The notes beneath the pieces were generated by a model. It had not been told where the DNA came from. It saw nothing but the letters and a program-made list of their open reading frames with translations, and did not search any database. From positions 189,906,001 through 189,970,000 of the forward strand of contig OX597814.1 in NCBI GenBank assembly GCA_951406725.2: a stretch of 64,000 bases of DNA. Reading direction: 5' to 3'. Below are positions 23,993 to 36,889 of this stretch, piece after piece (positions within the stretch are counted from its first letter, which is position 1; every line of letters starts with the position of its first letter). This DNA comes from Octopus vulgaris (lineage: Eukaryota). Made by a program: the position numbers and the translations under genes.

Positions 23993-25428
23993 GCAAAGAC
24001 ATAGAATTTAATTAAATATATATATATATATGTATATATATGTATATGACTGTTGTTGATAGTTTCATTTCGGAATAAATTACTCAATACCTCAAATCTA
24101 GTAGGAAAGTTAGACATATTAAGAGTGTCCTTAAACCATTTACAAAATATTTGTCGCTCTCACTAATAAGTTGTTTTTTTTTTATTTAGATATGCCCAAA
24201 AGAAAAAAAACACTAGCAGAACCTATTTTTCTTACCATCTGTTTTGCTACAAACACTTAAATATTTAATTACTCGGACAAGCAAGACGAACTTCTATAGA
24301 CGAAATAGAAATATCAAGCAAATCTCCATTAAAATTCACTCTATCGACATGAAACTGGAGGAACACATTAGATAATGTAGTTATAGATAACCAATGTACA
24401 AGAGAAAGACGAAATTCTCATGGTTGGAATACCTTTGGTTTATTGGTTAATCCATTAGGATTGACCTGATTCAACACAACAATAATAACACCTCCAGGCT
24501 ACTTATTACAACATATTGATTTCGGATTGAGGGAAGCAAAACCAGTATTTGAGAAAATTAATAATGGCAGGCTCCGGCAATAAATTCTTAATAAAATTTG
24601 TGAAGTCTCTTCCGAAGTGTTGCATGTCCCAAACTCCAGTATTTTGTTCGAAACGCCGAAATTCTTCTCTTCTCACTGAACGCTGCCAATGCACAAGTGT
24701 AGAAAAATGAAAGAGTTTCCTATATTAAGTTGGAAACTTCGGCGTCAAAGTCGCATAGAGAGTCCTTCAGGATATTCGGAGAATGATTTTAGTATGCCCA
24801 CTGCCAAAAGAAAACGTTGTTTTATTGATTTGGGTGTTGGTAGAGATCGACCAAACCGAAAATAGGAACTTACGACGTAAAGTAACACCGTATTTTGACC
24901 AGCATTCCAATGATTCAACTAATAATCAATTTTACAATTAAAATTATAACAATTTCTAACAAATAGTCCATGATAAATTATTAAAGAACGAAACAATTAA
25001 TCGATCATATTTTTGTGAGGTTCTTTATCCTATCCACTTGGAAAGGATGACATATTTTACAAGAAACCTAAAGGGTCATTGCCCTTTTGGAGATGTGAGA
25101 GATTGCAGGTTGCACAAGGGACTATAGCAGCCCTCACATTTTGGATGATGCTTCTATAAAAACTGCATCTTTTGGTTATAATTGAATTGTTTGTAGAGAC
25201 TGGTGATATTCCCCAAGCGTTTTAGATTTTATGTTTTGCTTAAGCCTCGAGGAACAAAGTGTGCAATATTACTTCAGAACATAAAAGGACGCCATTGCAT
25301 TTCGTTAAGCATTTTCCCCATAATGTAGTAATTCGGTCACCATTTTCAATAATTTTGAATAAAATCTATATTTATGTTATCGCCATAATGCCTCAAACAT
25401 GAAGGAAGCTAGTTGAATCATTCTCAGG

Positions 25429-25500
<72 letters not shown>

Positions 25501-25595
25501 ATCCAAACAAGAAAACACAAAAAAAACACAACAACGCGAGGACATGGAACAAATATAGTATTATTGGACGCTCAGGAAAGAAGGGAAGAAGGAGG

Positions 25596-25630
25596 GTTTA
25601 ACGTTTCGAGCGGAGCTCTTCGTCGGAAAC
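25596..25630 (-). ncRNA. Minimal HHR, family P1, degenerate (U4C)
   Basis: Minus strand: GTTT-CCGACGA-A-GAGC-TCC-GCTC-GAAAC-GTT-AAAC. The unit spans about 25497-25630 and abuts (TA)n. Confidence 0.65.
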
Positions 25631-26872
25631 AAATGAAACTATCAACAACAACAACAACAATATATATATATATATTGTTGTTGTTGTTGATAGTTTCATT
25701 TCGGAATAAAGCACTCAATAGTCAAATCTAGTAAAGAAGTTACACCTCATATTAAGCGTGTCATAATGCCATAATGCCTCAAACATGACAGAAGCTTATA
25801 ACTAGTTGAATCGTTCTCAGTTATTTAAATATTACATATTATACCGACACAAAAAAATCAAAAGCGTAATAAACTCCAGCGTGGTTTCGACTCACAACGA
25901 GACTAAATGCTACAAAAAATTGTGCGACCCTCTACTTCCTTTACATTTTAACAGAAATAAAAGAACTATGACCAGCAATGAACAGTTAAGCCATGTCCTA
26001 TTATGACGTTCGGTTTCCTTCATGCTGTTTCTCTTTCAAATTTCGCTGAGGTTAAATTTGCCTCTCAATACTATTCAGGTTTCGTTAAATTGAGTCCGGG
26101 ACATATATTGAATATACCCCTTGCTCCAATTCAGAGCTCTGTGAGAAAGAAAGAAATCATTCTTAGGGATTGTAAATGCATTCTCTTAGTTATGGCTCTA
26201 GTTGTTTTCTTGTCCTAATAACATTATTTTCTTTGCATTCCGAGTTCAAATCTCGCAGAGGTCAACTTTGCCTTTCATTCTCCCGGGACCAATAAAATAA
26301 TGTATCCATCAAAACCTGGCGTGGATGGTATAGGCTACTTACTTCCATCAACATTTCATGCATGGTACCTAAATTAAAAACGTTGAACACCGAGTTTGCA
26401 GAATCGTTAAAGCAGAGGAAAAAAAATTGCTGAGGTGAACTTTGCTTTTCATCTTTTCGATGTTGATAAAATAAGTACCAGTCAAGTACTGGAATCGATG
26501 TAATCGACTAATCTTCTCCCTCCTAAGTACCCTTTTAAGCATTTTGTCCGCCTGTGTTCAAATTCCGCCGAGGTCGACTTTGCCTTTCATGTTGGTGAAA
26601 TATGTACCAGTTGAGTACTGGGGCCGATGTGTTTGACTTTCACCCTCTCCCAAAATACTAGCCTTGTACCTAATCTAGTAACGATTATTACTACTAGTTC
26701 ATAACAACACGACGCTCTTTGGATCATTCATGAGTTTGTATATCAAGAACTGAAAATTATAAAATTATTGCCTTTTTAAGCTAACCAAAGCTGAAAAAAG
26801 CTGATTGGCTTCTTTGCTCTTCACCTTTTTGGAACTCAAATTTCTCTAAAATATTTTCCAATTTTACTCTTA

Positions 26873-27284
26873 GGCGCAGGAGTGGCTGTGTGGTAAGTAG
26901 CTTGCTTACCAGCAACAGGGTTCCGGGTTCAGTCCCACTGTGTGGCACCTTGGGCAAGTGTCCTCTACTATAGCCCCGGGCCGACCAAAGCCTTGAGAGT
27001 GAATTTGGTAGACGGAAACTGAAAGAAGCCCGTCTTATATATGTATATATATATGTATGTGTGTGTATATGTTTGTATGTTTGTGTTTGTCCCCCCGAAC
27101 ATCGCTTGACAAGCGATGCTAGTGTGTTTACGTCCCCGTAACTTAGCAGTTCGGCGAAAGTGACCGATAGAATAAATACTAGGCTTACAAAGAATAGGTC
27201 CTGGGGTCGATTTGCTCGACTAAGGGTGGTGCTCCAGCATGGCCATAGTCAAATGACTGAAACAAGTAAACGAGTAAAGAGTAA
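26873..27284 (+). mobile_element. SINE family B, full length
   Basis: GGCGCAGGAGTGGCTGTGTGG head through to the GAGTAAA tail. Confidence 0.9.
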
Positions 27285-27539
27285 ACATGGCTTCCGCAGT
27301 CAGCAATCTGAAGGCTATGGTAGGAGATGACTCTCGAAGACAGGTGCAGCACGTACTACCAGTAACCAAAATAAAATTCAAACAAAATGACAACAAAACA
27401 AAAGAGAAAAATCAACAGACAAGCACACAAACCCAACTACAGCCAGAGCAGCACCCGCTAAATACACAACTCCACCCACGACAACATCGAATCGCATCCA
27501 CATCTAAGTTTATGTTAGAAATAAGAAAACATTAAAGAG

Positions 27540-28350
27540 ATTTTGACCTACATAGCACATCTTAAAGCCATAGAAATAGAGGGATGGACGTCAAAGGGGT
27601 AAGGAATTTGGGTAGGGCTCTGAGAAATTTTGATCAATCAAAAGTTTTCGACAGGGTTGACCATCAATAACTGGCACTGTTCTGAAGGCTGCTGGTGTCG
27701 TTCTTCTTTTCAAAACTTAGATCGCTGCAATGAAAAGTAACATTACCTCGGGGTCACAGCAAATATCCATCTATTGAAACCGTTCAGTATCATATGTTCT
27801 GTTCGTCAAGGCTGACCCATTTCCCCCATTCTGTATATGTTGGCACTAAAGATACTACTGCAGAAAATGAAGGTTTCAAAGAGCTTCCCACGTAAATTAA
27901 GGTGGAACAGTTATGTGCGGCGGACGACGTCACTCTAACAGTGCCGGACACCCAGCACATCGAGGCGATTGGTACTGCTGTGGGGAAGTACGAAGCGGTG
28001 ACAAATGAAAAGTTAAGCAGGAAGGATGGATGAGCCTACATCTCAGAACATGGAGAAACATATCCAAGCAATCCAACAGTCTTATGGGTTGCTTGCTGAT
28101 GGAAGGGTTAAATTGCAGAGTGTTTGATTTGATTGAGACCACTAAGCGAATGGTCAGTTTTATCCAGAAATTGCCCGAGAGGAAAACCATCCTCTAAGCG
28201 CTGGAATGACGGTTGTGAACCCCCATATCACATCCGTCATATACTACCGGTAAACATCGTACTTTGCACTACATTATGGCTGACATTATGGCAAGTGATA
28301 AGATTACATGTAGGGTAGTTGTGTGTATCAACGATATGCAGCGAACGATC
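27540..28350 (+). pseudogene. L1/Tx1-clade LINE reverse transcriptase relic
   Basis: Frameshifted motifs DQSKVFDRVDH (27632), VRQG*PISPILYMLAL (about 27800) and ADDVT (about 27920). Confidence 0.8.
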
Positions 28351-29220
28351 TATAGCAACCAAGCGTAATTGGTTTGGCTTTCGTAAATCCATACACAATA
28401 AGAACGAGAATAAAATTTAAAATTCAAGAATAGCCATTAGAAACTGAACATCTTGAATTTTCCGCTAAGTACATGAAATCATCACATGCGATGTTGAAGG
28501 CAAAAATAGTTAAACGCTCTCCTACAACTTATTTTGATAACTACTTTTTAAATGAAATTTATTTGGTGCAAATCAATAATAAACAGAGAGTGAGTGCGGT
28601 TTTTCATCAACTTTTACAAGACATCAATGTATCTCAAAATTAATGCAACACATGAACAGAACTTGAGAGTAAACAGTTTCATTCACAAAAGTACATTTTA
28701 TCATTACGACCGATTTTTTTTAACAACGTTTGCCGCCAATTAACCACATTAAATCTTCTCTTGGCTTCGATTTGAACTTCCATTTATTCATTTTTTTTTT
28801 CTTTCTGTATTAAAACTTCATTTATTTTACTTTCTTATTATAGGTTTTCCCTAGTTTGACATTTGTAAACGACAACAACAACAACAACAACAACATAAGC
28901 ACTAGAATGCAACTTGTATTGTTTATGTTCTTGATTTATGCATTAACATCGCAAATTAACATCTACTGCTTTTAAAAAAATCAAAAAAATTCGCCATGTT
29001 TCATTTTATGTAAGAAAGTTGACACTGGTGATGATGTCGGTGGGGAAGAAAGAATCAATTATTGTTGCACTGTTTATCGAAGTTTGTGACTGAACATCCA
29101 TAGTAATTACATATCATAAGCTGTTTTTATTTTCTAAAGAATGGTGTTTATAAGTTGGTGTGTCTATATCTATCTTTATATCTATATGTATCTATTTATC
29201 TATCTATCTATATATGGGGG

Positions 29221-29607
29221 GGAAGCACTCCGTCGGTTACGACGACGAGGGCTCCGGTTGATCCGAATCAACGGAACAGCCTGAAATTAACGTGAAATTA
29301 ACGTGTAAGTGGCTGAGCACTCCACAGACACGTGCACCCTTAACATAGTTCTCGGGGATATTCAGCGTGACACAGAGAGTGACAAGGCCGGCCCCTTGAA
29401 ATACAGGTACAACAGAAACAGGAAGTAAGAGTGAGAGAAAGTTGTGGTGAAAGAGTACAGCAGGGATCACCACCATCCCTTGCCGGAGCCTCGTAGAGCT
29501 TTAGGTGTTTTCGCTCAATAAACACTCACAACGCCCGGTCTGGGAATCGAAACCGCGATCCTATGACCACGAGTCCGCTGCCCTAACCACTGAGCCATTG
29601 CGCCTCC
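29221..29607 (-). mobile_element. SINE family C, full length
   Basis: tRNA-like head GGAGGCGCAATGGCTCAGTGGTTAGGGCAGCGGACTCG..GGTTTCGATTCC. Tail ...CGTAACCGACGGAGTGCTTCC. Confidence 0.9.
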
Positions 29608-29703
29608 ACTATATATATATATATATATACATATATATCTACACACAGACACACACATACACACACACACAGACACACACATACACACACACACATACAC
29701 ACA

Positions 29704-29753
<50 letters not shown>

Positions 29754-29769
29754 CATATATATATACATA

Positions 29770-29805
<36 letters not shown>

Positions 29806-30204
29806 TACAAGTTTGTATATATGTATGTCTGTGCATATGCGTGTATGTATGCATGTGTGTACGCATATGTTGTAGTTATTGTTGTTGTTTTGTGTGTGTG
29901 TGTACGTGCGTGTGCGTTTCTCTTCCTATTTTACATAATTGTAAAACTACTGATTCCTGTACTGTTAGGTAAAACATATGTTTGATTGTCTAATAGGGCG
30001 TTGAAAATCCTCCTTTCGCCGACGTTTAAGTGGCAGACAACGCGCCAAACGCTTTAAGAGTACTTCCTGGCCCAGGCTGCCTTTAATGAAGTTCACCCTT
30101 TTGCAAACATTCTCTTCGCTGAAGGTTTTCTTGAACTCCCTCACGCTGCACCAACAATTTATTCATTCCCCTGCCCCGTGTTACAAAAATAATACTATAC
30201 CCGC

Positions 30205-30430
30205 TAGTACTTATTCTATCGATCCTTTTTGCCGAACTGTTACGGGGACGTAAATACACCAACAAAGGTTGTCAAGCGATGGTGGTGGTGGTGGGGGAAA
30301 CACAAAAACACAGACACACAAATACATACGTACACGCACATATATATACATACGACGGGTTTCTTTCAGTTTCCATCTATCAAATCCACTCAGAAGGCTT
30401 TGGTCAGCCCGAGACTATAGTAGAAGACAG
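30205..30430 (-). mobile_element. SINE family B internal fragment
   Basis: Matches the family B body. Inverted relative to 31193-31614 and shares its CCACCACCACC variant. Confidence 0.8.
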
Positions 30431-31192
30431 TAGCCTAAGTTCTCCACTGTCCAACTTCAATCCAACATAGACCCTCATATATTGCCTCTTACTACATGCA
30501 AACCACATTATCCGCACATTATTCCTCTCCCAAGCACAAGTCTCTCAATCTTTATATCAATATTCTATTTCTCCTGCTCAAGCTGCGCTTTTACTTAAAG
30601 TCACTCGGAAGGATGATAAAGATTCCACTTATGTCTACTATTCACCTTTCTAACCTGGATATCAGCACTAAAAATTACAGTTACTCTGCCTCAAAATATC
30701 CTTCCTCCACTGATCTAATTATATTTTTCTTCGTCTCCTGCTAAGCGATTTCTTCCAGCCCCAATACCGCTTTGACCATATCACTGTCTTTATTGATGTA
30801 TACCATGACTTTCCCTCATTTATCCCATACAAATGCCACATTCCAAACGCGCCTAATCTCTTCCTCCTCCTCCAATCCGTACCTCTAAGAAACCATCCAC
30901 ATCTCCACACTTTCGTGACTACCCATCCACCACACTTCCACATATTGCAGGGCCATCCGCCCACCACTCAAGTCCTTTGGTTCTTCAAGTGAGCTGACTG
31001 AACTGAGCTTCTTCAGTTCTGTTCTAAATATCCCTACCAACACACCGGCCAATGACTGAAGCTTTCCCTTCCACATTGCACACATAACAAAACCTCACAG
31101 GCCCAAGTCCCCCATATGGTTCAGTTGTATCTGAGTTGTAGTAATTAAAGCAAATCATATGGTCTACATGGTTTGGGAAAGAGTCTACATAA

Positions 31193-31358
31193 GCGCAAGA
31201 GTGGCTGTGTGGTAAGAAACTTGCTTCCCAAAGACATGGTTCCATGTTCAGTTCCACTGCGTAGCACCTTGGGCTACTGTCTTCTACTATAGTCTCGGGC
31301 CAACCAAAGCCTTGTGAGTGGATTTGGTAGATGGAAACTGAAAGAAGCCTGTCGTATG

Positions 31359-31392
<34 letters not shown>

Positions 31393-31614
31393 CTTTTGTG
31401 TTTCCCCCACCACCACCACTATCGTTTGATTAACCTTTGTTGGTGTATTTACGTCCCCTGTAACGGTTCGGCAAAAAACATTGATAGAATAAGTACTAGG
31501 CTTGGCTTACAAAGAATAAGTCCTGGGGTCGATATGTTCGACTAAAGGCAGTGCTCCAGCATGGCCGCAGTCAAATGACTGAAACAAGCAAAAGAAGAAT
31601 AAAAGAATAAAAGA
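31193..31614 (+). mobile_element. SINE family B, full length
   Basis: Family B head, body and tail. Confidence 0.9.
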
Positions 31615-32416
31615 ATCCTTAGAAACTCTGCGGCTCTAAACCAGCTTTGCAATTTCATCATCAGAAATGTATCGGATGCATGGTGTATTAAACTACCCGA
31701 AAGCCCTTGCACCACCACATTGTTGCCGATACATTTGGTCTCTTTCTTATAAATAGATTTCTACCAACTTTACAGTATCCTCCTTTCCCCCATTTCTCAA
31801 AAATATGAAGTTCTATAGGCAGTGCTCACATGGAAAAACCCCCCATATTTACTACGCGCTTGTAAATCTTCTCCCGAACAGTTCCTTTTCATTCTGCCAT
31901 GCTCACCCTCACATACACACAGACGCTAACTTCGAAAGCTCCTTCAGTCGCTTCATATTTTAAAAATACTGCAGGCCCTGACAATGAAACATAAATCATA
32001 GAGAAACATTAAAATGCCTACTGTCAAATAAGTCAGCGTCGAATCAATAATGCCAAATAAGCAGCGCCGAAATGGTTCGGACAAAACATCTCACTGCCCT
32101 TCTTTTCTTTTTATAATGGGTCTCTATTGTTAATGTTTTAGGATGACATGCTGCTCTTAGACTGAAATTAATCTAAAAATACAAATAGAAGCAGTCTAGC
32201 AAGAAACTAAAATAATGCTGTGTCAAAAATCAAGTCAACAGCTTTCAAAGGTCAGGGAAAAAAGAACATATTGCTCAGGTTTTCTACTTAATGAAAAAGT
32301 AAATAAAACAACACCCCCTCCCCTAAAGATAATATTTAATTCTGTTCAGAATCATAGCTCCGTCCACTCCTCCAAACGTATATGGGGATTTATGGATATG
32401 TAGCCCTGTCTGTACG

Positions 32417-32475
<59 letters not shown>

Positions 32476-32578
32476 ATATATATTTATATACATATATATA
32501 TATACATATATATATATACATATATATATATGTACATATATATATACATATATATAACTATAAATGTTTCTATATATG

Positions 32579-32619
<41 letters not shown>

Positions 32620-32641
32620 GTATATATAACTATAAATGTTT

Positions 32642-32680
<39 letters not shown>

Positions 32681-32949
32681 ATGTATGTATGTTCGTATAT
32701 ATGTCCATCTGTTAGTCTGCATGTCAGAAACCTTCTCATTCGATATAACTTTCTCTCCCTCTTCTCTCTGCCCCATTCCTAATGCAACCTGCTTTTGCTC
32801 TCTCTTCTACTTTTTTTTATTTTCTTTCTATATTACCAGTACTTCTCCAATTCATTACATTTCCTATTCCTTAGTCATGTCTCACTCAGTTGCAACTCCT
32901 TTCTCTTGTTCTCTTGTAACTTCCCCCCCTTTCTCGCTCTTCTTCCGTC

Positions 32950-32989
<40 letters not shown>

Positions 32990-33334
32990 TCTTTCTCTAA
33001 CGCTTATTGAGTCAGAAACACGTGTCTGCACCTACCTTTTGCCTCTGTCTTTGTTTTGTTTTTATTTAATGCCTTTTCAATTTTAAAGAATTCATAATTT
33101 TTTGATTATCTCCCTTCCTCATTTGGAGTCGTCATCAATTCATTGATCTACAATCCCATAAAACGAAAACAATTTCAATAAATCAGTAACACATATTGTA
33201 TTGTGTGTAACATATTCTCATTTCCCTTTAAATTTCAAATGCATACTACAGGCAACTTTGAGTTATTTCCATTCGTTCATGTTCTGTTCGATTGTACCCA
33301 GAAATACATACGCATATGCATAAACATACGTTTG

Positions 33335-33379
<45 letters not shown>

Positions 33380-33542
33380 CGTTTTTTGGATTCTTTATGT
33401 GAGTTTGTGTGTTGAAGCATATTTTTTGTGTTTGGGGAGAGTCATTCTGTCTTAGTGCCTTATTATTTAACACACTCGTGTTAAATAATAAGCTTGCTAA
33501 ATGAGAATGACTCTCTCCATACACAACAGTATATATACATAC

Positions 33543-33619
<77 letters not shown>

Positions 33620-33745
33620 TGAATTTACAGAAAAACAAAAGGCGAAGACAACGTGTATAAACAACAACCAGGTGTATTAGTTTGACGCTCGGGAAGGTGA
33701 AAAAGTCATTTATGTTTCTTCAGCAGAAAGGAACATATATATATC

Positions 33746-33966
33746 AATAGTTATTGCCAAGCTAACATGGAAGTCCAGGTAAATAGGACGAATGCTGCCG
33801 TTGATTTGCTCGAACAGGCCATCTCCTCTATCTAGCTACGAACCTGTGTCACACAGCTAGCTAAGCATTCGTCCTATTTTCCTGGACTGCCATGTTAGTT
33901 TGGCGATAACTATTAATATCCAGTACTACTGCCACAGTGTCCTTTAGAGAGACTTAGAAATATTAA

Positions 33967-33970
<4 letters not shown>
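33746..33970. repeat. Small inverted repeat related to the 11403-12200 family
   Basis: Arms about 33746-33797 and 33863-33914. Shares TGGCGATAACTATTAAT...TTTAGAGAGACTTAG with 12124-12180. Confidence 0.7.
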
Positions 33971-34001
<31 letters not shown>

Positions 34002-34077
34002 GCAGCGTGGAAAGTGTTTATAAGCCATTTAAGAAACACACAAAAGCCGTTCGATTCACTTCAACATTTAAGTTTAA

Positions 34078-34127
34078 TTTGTCAAAATATTTTCGTCGCT
34101 AAAATCCGCGACCTGTTCACTGACAAA
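34078..34127 (-). ncRNA. Hammerhead ribozyme, G3-C8 core variant (left arm)
   Basis: Minus strand: TTTGTCA-GTGAACA-G-GTCGC-GGATTTTA-GCGAC-GAAA-ATAT-TT-TGACAAA. Confidence 0.8.
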
Positions 34128-34690
34128 AATCCGTGCTGCATCTGAGAAAGTAACAGTTAGTTCGTCATATATATGTACGTATGTATGTGTGTATGTATGC
34201 ATACACATATGTATGCATGTATGTGTGTATGTATGTATGCATGTACGTACATACGCCTGTGTATGTATGTATGTATGTATGTATGTATGTATGTATGTAT
34301 ATATGTATGTGTGTGTATATGCACGCACATACACACTATAAACATAAAACTATAAACCTGTAGTGATGGATAGATGTAGAGTGACCACTCATCACAATAG
34401 TATCAAATTTCAACTTCCCCCGCCGAAGCCTGGAAGTGATTTACGACCCTCACTCCTAAAACTATACCCTAAAAGTGAGGGTCGTAAATCACTTCCAGGC
34501 TTCGGCGGGGGAAGTTGAAATTTGATATTATTGTGATGAGTGGTCACTCTACATCTATCCATCACTACAGGTTTATAGCTTTATGTTTATAGTGTGTATG
34601 TGCGTGCATATACACACACATACATATATACATACATACATACATACATGCATACACAGGCGTATGTACGTACATGCATACATACATACA

Positions 34691-34724
<34 letters not shown>

Positions 34725-34822
34725 CACATACATGCATACATATGTATATGCGCACATACACACATACATACGTACATATATATGACGAACTAGCTGTTAC
34801 TTTCTCAGATGCAGCACGGATT

Positions 34823-34873
34823 TTTGTCAGTGAACAGGGTCGCGGATTTTAGCGACGAAAATATTTTGACAAA
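34823..34873 (+). ncRNA. Hammerhead ribozyme, G3-C8 core variant (right arm, one extra G)
   Basis: TTTGTCA-GTGAACA-GG-GTCGC-GGATTTTA-GCGAC-GAAA-ATAT-TT-TGACAAA. 7-bp stem I, 5-bp stem II, palindromic AATATT stem III. Confidence 0.75.
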
Positions 34874-35020
34874 TTAAACTTAAATGTTGAAGTGAATCGA
34901 ACGGCTTTTGTGTGTTTCTTAAATGGCTTATAAACACCTTCCACGCTGCAATTGTTTTCGTTTCAGCACACGACCTCAGATCAAATTACTTGCTATGCGA
35001 GTACATCTCCGTAATATATA

Positions 35021-35059
<39 letters not shown>

Positions 35060-35231
35060 AATACTAGGGAATAAATCCAAATTTACAGGGAAAAAATCAG
35101 ATTTAGGATTAAATCCAATTTTATAGTAAAATATTATATAATATTATTAGAGACAAAACCACTATTTTGCAAAACAAACAAGGAAAGACTTAATCAATAC
35201 ATAAAATTTTAATAAAAAGTCAAAAAAACCG

Positions 35232-35274
35232 CCACTACAATTGTTTCTTGTCTTGATCGACAATCTTCAGGTGG
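35232..35274 (-). ncRNA. Type I hammerhead ribozyme (left arm)
   Basis: Exact reverse complement of 36692-36734. Confidence 0.85.
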
Positions 35275-36691
35275 ACTTCCAATCTAAAATATCAATATTT
35301 TAAAATATAAAAATAATAAAATATAAAAGAATCCATTCATAATTTTTTTAAATAATGTTGGTTTACCGCGTGTATATAATTTTTAATTCCATTTATTCTA
35401 TTTCTCCATTCATAATTTTAAGTGAGGTTTGCTTCCATAGCGCGTATTCTTTTTATACATAAGTTATGTTCCTATGGTAACGTAATTTGGTTTGATGTTT
35501 TTAACGGATTAGAATTTAATTTCACTTCATAATTTGAAACTGACTTGAAAGTATGTATATTATTTCTCCTTATGTCATATTGTTATTTTTGATATTCTGG
35601 TTACTTACGATGTATTTTATATATCGTATTATGTGTAATAATGTTGTTTTTCTTTGGAGTGTTTATGTATGTGGGATTGTGTGTGAGTGTGTGCGTATTT
35701 TGGTTGTGTAGTTTGTTTATCTGTATGAATGTGGGTGTGTTAATATTGTTGTATATATCGTGTTTGGTGAGTATGTATATGTATATGGTGTGTGTTTTAC
35801 GTATGTATATTTGTGTGTGAATGTGTTTATGGGCTTGCTATTTAGGTTTGGGGATGTATGTGTTTATTTGTCTGTGTGGGGTTCAGTGGGTTTTTGGAGT
35901 ATATGTTGAGGTTTATATGTATGTATAGGTATGTGTAAGTGGGGTGGGTATTTGTATATGTCGTGGGTGTGTGGTTTACGTGTGTGTATTTGTGTGTGAA
36001 TGTTTAGGTTAGGGGGATTGCTATATAGGTATGTTATAGAGTTTAGTAAAGGGAGATTTTATCATTATATGTTTTTATGAGTTTTGGTTTATCATGGTAG
36101 TTTTGTTAGGGAATTCGTAGTAATTTGTGTCTATTTGCGATGTCTGTTGTTTTATTGCATTATTTCATTCATAATTTTTAAGTAGTGTTCGTTTTACCAA
36201 GTGAATATAATTTTTAATTCCATTTATTCCATTTCTCCGTTCATAATTTTAAGTGATGTCCGTTTCTAGAGCGGGAATGTGGGTTGTATGTGTGTGTGAG
36301 GGAGTATGAATAAGTATTGTGTTGAAGTATTTAGCTATTTTATTTATTTATCGTTGCCTAGACGTTTTTATGTGTATGTATAGGGATATATATATAGGTG
36401 TGTGATTTAGTGTATGTATTTAGATATGGTTATATATAATTAGTTATATGTGTATGGGTGTATATATAGTTTTTTTTTTATATATATTTTATATTTTATA
36501 TTTTATATTTATATTTTATATTTAATTGTTGATAGGTTTATTTTAGTTTATATATTGTTTATATATTGATTATATATGGATTATATATAGGTTATAAATA
36601 GATTATATATTTATATTTTTTCATTAATACTTTAATTATTTTAAAATTATTATTTTTATATTTTAAAATATTGATATTTTAGATTGGAAGT

Positions 36692-36734
36692 CCACCTGAA
36701 GATTGTCGATCAAGACAAGAAACAATTGTAGTGG
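36692..36734 (+). ncRNA. Type I hammerhead ribozyme (right arm)
   Basis: CCAC-CTGAAGA-TTGTC-GATCAA-GACAA-GAAAC-AATT-GTA-GTGG. All three stems intact, palindromic ACAATTGT stem III, GUA triplet. Confidence 0.9.
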
Positions 36735-36819
36735 CGGTTTTTTTGACTTTTTATTAAAATTTTATGTATTGATTAAGTCTTTCCTTGTTTGTTTTGCAAA
36801 ATAGTGGTTTTGTCTCTAA

Positions 36820-36889
<70 letters not shown>

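Larger units (their letters stand above)
21630..24147. repeat. Near-identical inverted pair (21630-22010 and 23768-24147) enclosing the RPS2 fragment, a SINE head and the 486-bp array
   Basis: TTTTGTAAATGGTTTAAGGACAC...GCTGCACTCATCTATA versus TATAGATGAGTGCAGC...GTGTCCTTAAACCATTTACAAAA, with few substitutions. Confidence 0.9.
33998..34953. mobile_element. Near-perfect fold-back (arms about 460-480 bp, 19-nt loop), inverted PLE pseudo-LTR-like pair
   Basis: Arms 33998-34454 and 34474-34953. The right arm continues about 60 bp to (TA)n and the left arm abuts (TA)n. One HHR per arm. Confidence 0.9.
35057..36828. mobile_element. Non-coding PLE-like element with inverted arms of about 180 bp
   Basis: 35138-35318 is the reverse complement of about 36646-36828. 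G/T-skewed interior with a diverged direct repeat (about 35335-35445 and 36165-36270). Both outer ends abut (TA)n. Confidence 0.8.

Noticed and set aside
30430-31190. C/T-rich segment faintly resembling a Neptune-type PLE thumb/linker region
   Set aside because: No unambiguous motif is readable by eye.
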